Made by a program: the position numbers and the translations under genes. 32,000 nucleotides of DNA from positions 8,853 through 40,852 of the forward strand of contig NZ_JAYKGW010000086.1 of assembly GCF_035285525.1 (NCBI RefSeq). The letters run 5' to 3'. Positions 8,909 to 16,376 of the stretch are shown piece after piece (within the stretch, counting starts at the first letter, position 1; each line of letters opens with the position of its first letter). The DNA comes from Okeania sp. (GTDB taxonomy: Bacteria > Cyanobacteriota > Cyanobacteriia > Cyanobacteriales > Microcoleaceae). The notes below the pieces were generated by a model. That model had not been told where the DNA came from, made no database searches, and saw only the letters and a program-made list of their open reading frames with translations.

Positions 8909-9520
8909 TCACCCCAACCTACATATCTCCTTGAGTTGAGGGAGTAATATTTCAAAAGCTCGACCACGATGAGAGAGCGATCGCTTCATTTCTCCAGACA
9001 TTTCGGCAAAAGTCTTTTCTTCAGAAGGAACATAAAAAATAGGATCGTAACCAAATCCACCATCACCACGGAGACTATACAAAATTTCTCCACGGGAGAT
9101 TCCTTCTGCTTCTAAAGCAACCGTACCATCAGGTTTAGCAATAACTAGAGCGCAGACAAACTGTGCCTGACGATTAGGGTTATTTCCTAATTCTTGCAAG
9201 ACTCGCTCTATTTGTTCGGGAACAGTAGGAGCGTAACGAGCAGAATAGATTCCTGGTTTACCATCCAAAGCATCTACAGCTAATCCGGAATCATCAGCGA
9301 TCGCCCATTCTCCAGTTGCTTTTGCCACTTCAGTTGCTTTGAGGCGAGCATTATCTAGAAAAGTTTCCCCAGTTTCTTCTACTTCTAAATCTTTAGGTTT
9401 TAACTGTAATTCTAAATTCAAATCTGCCAGATATTCTTGCATTTCTATAACTTTTCCCGGATTACCAGTAGCGACAACTAGCAATTTTGGGCTTGTTTTT
9501 GTGGGAGTAATATTTGTCAT
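8909..9520 (-). CDS. rdgB: RdgB/HAM1-family dITP/XTP pyrophosphatase
   Basis: LLVVATGNPGKVIEM, the EETGETFLDNARLKA region, and FGYDPIF...SHRGRA across 203 aa. Confidence 0.88.
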   Translation of the reverse strand: MTNITPTKTSPKLLVVATGNPGKVIEMQEYLADLNLELQLKPKDLEVEETGETFLDNARLKATEVAKATGEWAIADDSGLAVDALDGKPGIYSARYAPTVPEQIERVLQELGNNPNRQAQFVCALVIAKPDGTVALEAEGISRGEILYSLRGDGGFGYDPIFYVPSEEKTFAEMSGEMKRSLSHRGRAFEILLPQLKEICRLG

Positions 9521-9569
9521 TTTAGTTATTAGGTTTTAGGGTTATCAGTGTCTTATTAGGTGGAATCTA

Positions 9570-9600
9570 GAAACCCGGTTTCTTCAAGAAACCGGGTTTC
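9570..9600. repeat. perfect 13-bp-stem palindrome (GAAACCCGGTTTC / GAAACCGGGTTTC)
   Basis: Arms at 9570-9582 and 9588-9600 with loop TTCAA. A half-copy GAGAAACCGGGTTTG occurs at 6224-6238. It looks like a dispersed palindromic repeat rather than a gene-specific terminator. Confidence 0.7.
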
Positions 9601-9652
9601 TTTGCATAAATCCTAATTAAATCTTACTACAAAAACTGTTTCTGTATTAGTT

Positions 9653-10015
9653 AATCTTCTCTCTTTTAGAGACAGGTAATTATTAATTATCCATTATCGA
9701 TGTAATACAGCTTTCTAGGCTGTAAAAACCTGGAAGGTTGTGTGACAATAAATAGTAAATTTTCTCTCTTTTAGGTAATTATTAATTATAATTATCCATG
9801 TAACACAGCCTTCTAGGCTGTAACAACCTGAAATGTTGTGTGACAATAAATAGTCAATTTTCTCCCTTTTAGAGACAGGTAATTATTAATTATCAATTAT
9901 CCATGTAACAAAGCCTTCTAGGCTGTAACAACCTGGAATTTTGTGTGACAATAAATAGTCAATCTTCTCTCTTTTAGAAAAAGGTAATTATCAATTATCC
10001 ATTATCCATTATCCA
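9653..10015. repeat. tandem array, about 3.5 units of 98-105 bp
   Basis: Units start near 9653, 9758, 9856 and 9961 (TTCTCTCTTTTAGAGACAGGTAATTATTAATTATCC...GTGTGACAATAAATAGT). Each full unit carries the hairpin ACAGCC-TTCTA-GGCTGT (for example 9805-9821). The array ends in (CCATTAT)x3, which abuts the DUF4058 stop codon. Confidence 0.85.
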
Positions 10016-10810
10016 TTATCTTATTCCTTCTTGTCGCAACCAAGTATCTGCCCAAACTGCATCCTTTTCTGATAATCCTGGTACTGGTTGTTGAGTATAA
10101 TCTATTTTTAAATCATAACGGCCAACATCATAAATAGTAGTTAGTAAACTTTGTAAATCTATAATTGGTTCTGTATCTTCTGGGCGTAATGGCAAAGGAA
10201 ATTTAGGAATTTTATTTTGGATATTAAAGGCATATAAATCAGCTCTTGGTCGTTGCTTTTTCCGACTAACTAATATCCGATAATTACTTTCATTTTTATG
10301 ATTTGAAATAGGCATCATTTCACCACGACGTAGTAAATCTATTTCGACAAAATTAGTCAAACTATATAATATTTTTTCTCTTTTTTCTAAATACATTTCT
10401 CTACCTTTTCCACCTCTTTTATTAGCAGGAGATAATATTTCTATAGCAGTGATAACTTCTTTAGTTGCTACTTCCTGAATTTCTAAATATCCTTCACGAA
10501 TAGTAATTGGTATTGGCAGAGTTACTGTTGTAGGTTTTGTAGAAGGTTCTATTACTGCAACTTGAGATTCTGTAGAATTTGATGTGTTAATTTGACCTTT
10601 TTTTGATAACACTGAAACATCAGGAATACCTACAAGTAAAGATTCTATATTGTTAGTTTCATACATTCTGACATCTAGAGAAACTGAATATTTATCGCCG
10701 AGTTCACCAGATAATAAGTCAGCCATTCTGACAATGAGTCGATTATGTAATCCTGGCCATAAATCGGGATGTTCTAAATATGGGTCCATACCTGGAAATG
10801 GGGAGGGCAT
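10016..10810 (-). CDS. DUF4058-family protein
   Basis: The N-terminus MPSPFPGMDPYLEHPDLWPGLHNRLI is the signature start of cyanobacterial DUF4058 proteins. 264 aa. Confidence 0.8.
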   Translation of the reverse strand: MPSPFPGMDPYLEHPDLWPGLHNRLIVRMADLLSGELGDKYSVSLDVRMYETNNIESLLVGIPDVSVLSKKGQINTSNSTESQVAVIEPSTKPTTVTLPIPITIREGYLEIQEVATKEVITAIEILSPANKRGGKGREMYLEKREKILYSLTNFVEIDLLRRGEMMPISNHKNESNYRILVSRKKQRPRADLYAFNIQNKIPKFPLPLRPEDTEPIIDLQSLLTTIYDVGRYDLKIDYTQQPVPGLSEKDAVWADTWLRQEGIR

Positions 10811-10944
10811 AATTTTTTATCCTTTGGTTTTAATTAATTATAGTAAATATGATAATTATTTTGGTTTTGATTGTATTTTAACAAAATTTTATGGGTAGAG
10901 ATAATACCTATAGCAATTTTTTAATTTGTGAGGTCTTGATATTC

Positions 10945-11016
10945 GATCCCCCCTAACCCCCCTTAACAAGGGGGGAACTTCAAAGTCCCCCTTTTAAAGG
11001 GGGATTTAGGGGGATC
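10945..11016. repeat. 72-bp nested palindromic element built of G5/C5 runs
   Basis: GATCCCCCCTAACCCCCCTTAACAAGGGGGGAACTTCAAAGTCCCCCTTTTAAAGGGGGATTTAGGGGGATC. Outer arms are GATCCCCCTA / TAGGGGGATC, with two internal C-run/G-run hairpins. Confidence 0.7.
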
Positions 11017-11073
11017 GTATTTGTGTACCTAATCAATTTGATAATTGCTATACCCTCAAATTTTTCCATTAAT

Positions 11074-11307
11074 TTAGACTGACTGAATTTCTTGCCAAAA
11101 ATGCCATCCCCATACTGGTTTATATCCGAGTTTAAATGCAATTGTTAAACAGTCTCCTAATGTGAAATATTTAGAGCGTTTATCTTGTAAAAGATTGTAA
11201 TAAATCCACCCTTGACGGTAGCCATTATATTTTTGAGTTTTTATTAGTTCGTCAACTATAATTTGATGTTCTTCATTAACATAAAAGTTGACAGAAAAAT
11301 TGTTCAT
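11074..11307 (-). CDS. hypothetical small protein, divergent from the STAND gene
   Basis: 77-aa ORF with an internally repeated aromatic motif (NGYRQGWIYYNL and LGYKPVWGWHFW). No family assigned. Confidence 0.4.
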   Translation of the reverse strand: MNNFSVNFYVNEEHQIIVDELIKTQKYNGYRQGWIYYNLLQDKRSKYFTLGDCLTIAFKLGYKPVWGWHFWQEIQSV

Positions 11308-11484
11308 TTTTTCATTTGTTTTGATTGTCTACAATTTATATCTTAAGTTAAATAAATAGGTTTTTTGGGTCAAATAAAGCTGCATTTTTCCACTGCATCA
11401 AAAAGTGAGCAAAAACTGAGCCAAGTGAACTTTGGAGAAATGTTATAAAATAAAAGGTGTGTAAATTAAGTAGAAAAAATAACT

Positions 11485-12906
11485 ATGGCAGCTACTATTG
11501 CAGCATCAGAACAAGGTCTGAAAATTATTGATATGGCTAGAAAAAAGAAAGGATGGAATAAGTACGAAAGTGCTTGGCATGACTTAGCATTCACTTCTAA
11601 AGCAACACTAAAACGATTTTGGCAAGGAAAAGCAATTGCACAAGATACCTTTATAAATATTTGTAAAACTGTTGGAGAAAACTGGGAAAAAATAGTTGAT
11701 AATAACCCACTATCTCGAAGTAAGAAAAAAGATTTTTTTGCTTATGATTATGCTTGGGTGGGACGAGAAAATTTAGTTACTGAATTAACTAATAAAATTA
11801 AAGATACTTGTCGAGTTGCTATTATTGTTGGCATTTCTGGTATTGGTAAAACGGCATTAGCTGAAAAGGTAGTATCAGAGTTAGATTGGAATAAGTTTCA
11901 CCAGGAAAATTTTGAGTTAGATAACCAAGCTTCAGATTTTGCTAGTGTGGCAAGTCGATGGTTGGAAAAGTGGGGCGATCGCCTCCAGGAAGAAGACCGC
12001 AAAGATACCGGCAGATTATTAAATCGGTTGGTGAAGCGGTTACAGGATAATGAATATTTGATATTGATGGATTCTGTGGAAAATATTATGGAGGGAAATG
12101 AGCTGGAAGGTGGGAATAATTTCCGGGATGAATGGTGGGGGAAATTTTTTGAGAGTTTCTTAGGAACAGAATCTTGTAAAAGTCGAATCATTTTAACTTC
12201 CCAAGATTTTCCCCATCAAATACCAGAGCGTTATAAAAATTTCTGGCACTGCATACTGTTGACTGGGTTATCTGAGTCGGAGCGTTTGGAGTTATTCGAG
12301 AAAACTGGGTTAGAGGTAGATGCAGATTCACCAAGTTACGAATATTTAAAACGTATTGGTGCTGCTTATGAAGGTCATCCTCTGGCATTGCGTGTAATTT
12401 CTGGGGAAATAGGTGCTAAACCTTTTGATGGTAATGTTGTAGCTTACTGGAAAAAGTACGGCCATGAAATAGAGGAGGTAGAAAAGGCGATCGCTGAAGT
12501 AGATCGGGGAATAATAGAGGGTGCTGATGATGAGTGGAAGTTGGATCGATATACTCGCAAGCTCCGAAAAAATGTGCAAGAGCGTTTGGAAAAGACTTTT
12601 GGCAGACTGAAACAGGATACGATTGATAGTTATCGGTTATTATGCGAGGGTTCGATTTATCGTTGTGCAGTACCGGAAAAGTTTTGGTTGAATCATTTAG
12701 CTGATTGGGATTGTGATGAGGATGAAGCAGATTTAGCTTTGGAGGTTTTGCGCGATCGCTTTTTGCTTGAGGAAGTTGTGGAAAATGATGATGTGTTCGT
12801 GAGGCAACATAATTTAATTCGTAGTGTAGCATTGGAACATCATAAAAAATTGGACGAGGATGGGCAAGACAGGGATTTGGCCACGGATGCACGGATGGTG
12901 AATTAG
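11485..12906 (+). CDS. STAND NTPase: N-terminal HTH-like domain + NB-ARC NTPase + winged-helix-like end, with no repeat sensor domain
   Basis: HTH-like TSKATLKRFWQGKAIAQDTFINICKTVG. Walker A GISGIGKT (nt 11830-11853), Walker B YLILMD, RIILTSQD, GHPLAL (GxP motif), and an MHD-like QHNLIR about 27 aa before the stop. Confidence 0.8.
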   Translation: MAATIAASEQGLKIIDMARKKKGWNKYESAWHDLAFTSKATLKRFWQGKAIAQDTFINICKTVGENWEKIVDNNPLSRSKKKDFFAYDYAWVGRENLVTELTNKIKDTCRVAIIVGISGIGKTALAEKVVSELDWNKFHQENFELDNQASDFASVASRWLEKWGDRLQEEDRKDTGRLLNRLVKRLQDNEYLILMDSVENIMEGNELEGGNNFRDEWWGKFFESFLGTESCKSRIILTSQDFPHQIPERYKNFWHCILLTGLSESERLELFEKTGLEVDADSPSYEYLKRIGAAYEGHPLALRVISGEIGAKPFDGNVVAYWKKYGHEIEEVEKAIAEVDRGIIEGADDEWKLDRYTRKLRKNVQERLEKTFGRLKQDTIDSYRLLCEGSIYRCAVPEKFWLNHLADWDCDEDEADLALEVLRDRFLLEEVVENDDVFVRQHNLIRSVALEHHKKLDEDGQDRDLATDARMVN

Positions 12907-13089
12907 AGTATATTGAGATTAGCGATCGCTATTTACAGCAGTTTTTATTTGTAGGGGCGAATGGCATTTCCGTGCCGGAATGCTCCGCAAACGCCCTAAA
13001 GAGTTTTGGCTATTTTCACAGAATTAGGAGTACCAAGAAATTAAAAGAGCGCCAAAAATTGAAAAAACAATTAATGAATCAATAAAATA

Positions 13090-14646
13090 ATGACAAATAT
13101 TACACCAAATGGCGAATTAGTATTAAGAGAAATTAGTCTCGAATCAGCAATTATTAAATCAATTAAACCACATTCAAAAAGGTCTCAATATCGGGGAGTT
13201 GTTAACTGGTTAGTATTCTATAAAGCACATAAAAATGCTTCTAACTTGGAGAAGGTTAAAGGTTATTTAGAAGCTTTTTATCATTTGTGTCAAGTGGAAG
13301 ATTGGGATAGGGCAACTAAATTAATTTTTGTTAGACTTAATACTCCGACAAAAGAAGAATTTCACAAGCAACTTTATACTTGGGGATATTATCAAATACA
13401 AATTGAAATTTACACTCAAGTTTTGAGTTTTAGCGAACTAAGTCTGTCAATAAAGGCGACTATATTAACAAATTTAGGAAAAGCAAATATGGCTTTATTA
13501 AAGTTTGACAAAGCCATAGAATATCTAAAACAAAGTTTGAGTATTGCTCAAGAAATTCAATCTCCTGAAGAAGAGGAAAAAGCAATACAAAATCTCGGTC
13601 ATGCTTATCTATCTAAAGGAAACTTTGTTGCAGGAAAAGACTTGGTGGGAAATTTTAATGCTAAATTGCAATTTCGTCGAGCATGGAGATACTTTCAGCA
13701 AAGTTTAAAAATTAGTCGAGAAATTAACGACGTTTACAAAGAAGGAAGAGCTTTAGGAGGAATAGCAAATTTCTATACAGTTATTAGAAAGTATGACCAA
13801 GCTATTGATTATTATCAAAAGCAAATAGCTATAGGTAAACAAATTCAAAATTTAAGTCTTGAAGCAACGGCTAAGTGTAATTTAGGAATTGTTTATTGTG
13901 AATTGAGAGATTACGACAAAGCAATTGAATTTTCTCAGTCAAGTTTAGCTATAGCTAGAGAACTTCAAGATAGTCAGTTAGAAACTGGAAATATAGAAAA
14001 TTTAGGATTTATTGAGCGTCGTTTAGGAAATCATGATCAAGCAATTGAATTATCTCAAAAGCTTTTAGTAACGGCAAAAGAAACAAATAATATTTCAAGA
14101 AAAAATCTAGCATTAGAAAACTTAGCAAATATACATTATTCACAGGCATATGATGAGAAAACAACAGGGAATTATGACAAAGCTATAGAACATTATCAAC
14201 AAAGTTTATCTCTTGTAAATAAAATTCAATCTTCCCAGGAAGAAAGAGTATTATTTTTGAAATATTCGATACTTTTTAATTTAGGGGAAATCTATATAGC
14301 CAAAAAAGATTATGATAAAGCCATAGATTATTTTAAAAATACTTTCTTTGCTGCTGAAAAAAACAAAAGCATTGAAGGTCTCATTTTATCAGTAATGAGT
14401 TTAGCTAAAGTATATGCAGAACAAAACAATGGCAGACTATCAAACAGTTCTTATCTAGGGTTAGCTCAGATTATAATTTTCGTTGTTTTTGTGCAATTAA
14501 TAGATTTAATATTAGCAAGATTTTTATATTTAGCAGCTTTGATTTTAGATATTTTCAGTCCAGCTATATCCATAGTTCTTATAGTTTTCAAGTCCTTGAG
14601 AAATATTATTGGAATCAAACAACATACAAAAGTCAATGAAAATTAG
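13090..14646 (+). CDS. TPR-repeat protein with hydrophobic C-terminal anchor (paralogue 1)
   Basis: About seven ~40-aa TPR units by eye, for example ALGGIANFYTVIRKYDQAIDYYQKQIAIGKQI and AKCNLGIVYCELRDYDKAIEFSQSSLAIAREL. C-terminal hydrophobic stretch IIIFVVFVQLIDLILARFLYLAALILDIFSPAISIVLIVF. Confidence 0.8.
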   Translation: MTNITPNGELVLREISLESAIIKSIKPHSKRSQYRGVVNWLVFYKAHKNASNLEKVKGYLEAFYHLCQVEDWDRATKLIFVRLNTPTKEEFHKQLYTWGYYQIQIEIYTQVLSFSELSLSIKATILTNLGKANMALLKFDKAIEYLKQSLSIAQEIQSPEEEEKAIQNLGHAYLSKGNFVAGKDLVGNFNAKLQFRRAWRYFQQSLKISREINDVYKEGRALGGIANFYTVIRKYDQAIDYYQKQIAIGKQIQNLSLEATAKCNLGIVYCELRDYDKAIEFSQSSLAIARELQDSQLETGNIENLGFIERRLGNHDQAIELSQKLLVTAKETNNISRKNLALENLANIHYSQAYDEKTTGNYDKAIEHYQQSLSLVNKIQSSQEERVLFLKYSILFNLGEIYIAKKDYDKAIDYFKNTFFAAEKNKSIEGLILSVMSLAKVYAEQNNGRLSNSSYLGLAQIIIFVVFVQLIDLILARFLYLAALILDIFSPAISIVLIVFKSLRNIIGIKQHTKVNEN

Positions 14647-14656
14647 GAATCTAGAA

Positions 14657-16030
14657 ATGAATAATATTACACCAAGGGTTGAATTAGTTTTAGAAAAAAT
14701 AGGTCTAGAATCAACAACTATTAAATCAATCAAACCACGTCGAAAAAAGTCTCACTATCGGGCAGTTATTAACTGGTTAACAGAGTATAAACCCCATGCA
14801 AATGCTTCTAATTTACAAATAGTTAAAGGTTATTTAGAAGCTTTTCATCATCTTTGTGAAGTAGAAGATTGGGAAAGAGCTACAACAATTATTGATATTA
14901 CTCTCAATACCCCCACTAATGAAAAATTACGAGACCTATTAGGAACTTGGGGTTACTATCAACAACAAAAAGAAATTTATGACCGACTTTTAGGCAAATT
15001 AAATGATGAGTGGCAGCTCATTTGTTTAAATGGTCTTGGTAATTGTCACTTTTATACAGGTAGTTATCAACTAGCTATTAATTACTTTAATCAAAGTTTA
15101 GTAATTGCTCAAAAAAATCTCCTGACTGAAAAAGAAGTAGGCATACTAATAAATCTAAGTGTTCCTTATCAAGAAATAGGAAATTATGAAAAAGCTATAG
15201 ATATTTTATCTCAAGCTTTGAAAATTAATAAAGCAATAAATAACCCTCTTGGAGAAGGTTCAATATTCACAAATTTGGGTTCTATTTATGATGCTATTGG
15301 CGATTATGAAAAAGCAATTCAGTTTCATACAAAAGGTTTAGATATTGCTAGAGAAAATGTTAACCTCTATCAAGAATGTGTAGCACTTGGAGGTATGGGA
15401 AATGTTTATTTTGCTCTGCAAAACTATCATGTGGCAATGACTTATTACCAACAACAATTAAAAATAGCAAAAGAAATAGGCGATCGCCAAAGTATTAAAA
15501 CTGCTTTAGGCAATATTGGTATTATTTACCGCTTTCTCAACACATATCCTGAAGCTATTACTAATCTTCAAAAAAGTTTAGAATTAGCAATAGAAGTTGG
15601 CGATTTGAATGGAAAAGAAACTGCACTAATAAATCTAGGTTTAATTGAAGTTGAATTAGGAAATTTTACTCAAGGAAAAGAGTCTTTAGAAAAAGCTTTA
15701 AATATTGCCAAAATGATAGGCGATCGCCGAGGTGAAAGTTTTATATTATTCGGTTTAGCTCAGTATTATTATAGGTGTGGTAAATTTCAACAAGGTTTTA
15801 CTGTCTCTCAAAAATCTCTGAAGATAATGATAGAATGTGGAGTAACAGTAAATGCTTTATTATTGCCAAAATGGTATAAATCATTCTTAAAATTTAGTCA
15901 AAGAGGTAAATTTCAGCTAACTTTATTCCTCTTATTTGTATTAATAGGATTTCCCTTTGCCATCATTGTATCTTTCATAACTACATTATTTTGGGGTTTA
16001 TATAATAAGCAGAAACTCATCAACACTTAG
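14657..16030 (+). CDS. TPR-repeat protein with hydrophobic C-terminal anchor (paralogue 2)
   Basis: The N-terminal ~112 aa are about two-thirds identical to paralogue 1 by hand alignment. About seven TPR units, several ending in IGD. Tail LTLFLLFVLIGFPFAIIVSFITTLFWGL. The preferred start is ATG 14657 (MNNITP, AGGA 8 nt upstream), which matches the MTNITP start of paralogue 1. The ORF-track start 14609 would overlap paralogue 1. Confidence 0.8.
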   Translation: MNNITPRVELVLEKIGLESTTIKSIKPRRKKSHYRAVINWLTEYKPHANASNLQIVKGYLEAFHHLCEVEDWERATTIIDITLNTPTNEKLRDLLGTWGYYQQQKEIYDRLLGKLNDEWQLICLNGLGNCHFYTGSYQLAINYFNQSLVIAQKNLLTEKEVGILINLSVPYQEIGNYEKAIDILSQALKINKAINNPLGEGSIFTNLGSIYDAIGDYEKAIQFHTKGLDIARENVNLYQECVALGGMGNVYFALQNYHVAMTYYQQQLKIAKEIGDRQSIKTALGNIGIIYRFLNTYPEAITNLQKSLELAIEVGDLNGKETALINLGLIEVELGNFTQGKESLEKALNIAKMIGDRRGESFILFGLAQYYYRCGKFQQGFTVSQKSLKIMIECGVTVNALLLPKWYKSFLKFSQRGKFQLTLFLLFVLIGFPFAIIVSFITTLFWGLYNKQKLINT

Positions 16031-16050
16031 GAAATTTAGATAAAGAGTTA

Positions 16051-16346
16051 GGGTTTGGAGAGCAAACCCCTACAGTAAACTTTTCCCAATATTGATGGTA
16101 AAATCTTATTCTCCAAAAAAGATTCCTCTCCACAGAAAAGCGATCGCTGCTTATTTATGTACTTTTAGCTTCTATTTGACTTTGATTATCGACAAAATTT
16201 ACTAGCAATTGAAAAAGTATTTTTTTGATATTATTTCGACCATAAATTCATAATTGTAGTTTAAATTATAATAACCTAATAAGAGTAAAAATAGCAATCC
16301 TAAATAGATTGTAATATTGAACCGTAGGGGTTTGGTTTCCAAACCC
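16051..16346. repeat. inverted pair of 24-25-nt hairpin-containing repeats bracketing the intergenic region
   Basis: GGGTTTGGAGAGCAAACCCCTACAG (16051-16075) against CGTAGGGGTTTGGTTTCCAAACCC (16323-16346), which are reverse complements apart from 2-3 positions. Each arm is itself a 7-bp-stem hairpin. Confidence 0.5.
16291..16307 (+). repeat. conserved intergenic 17-mer ATAGCAATCCTAAATAG
   Basis: Identical 17-mer on the minus strand at 28455-28471. The 15-mer core also occurs at 22932-22946. A partial TATAGCAATCC occurs on the minus strand at 252-262. Confidence 0.7.
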
Positions 16347-16376
16347 AAGCGCCAAGAAAATTGTCTAATTCTTTCT

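Noticed and set aside
9653-10015. Possible CRISPR array (regularly spaced repeats of ~100 bp period)
   Set aside because: The entire unit is conserved between copies, including what would be the spacers. There is no alternation of constant repeat and unique spacer, and no cas genes in the window.
10936-10950. TTCGATCCC, reminiscent of a tRNA T-arm
   Set aside because: No acceptor, D or anticodon arms can be built around it. It is the left end of the 72-bp G5/C5 palindromic repeat.
11898-12892. Four antisense ORFs inside the STAND gene (97, 66, 77 and 158 aa on the minus strand)
   Set aside because: These are shadow ORFs opposite a gene with clear ordered NB-ARC motifs. They have odd composition (His/Pro/Asn-rich) and no recognisable features.
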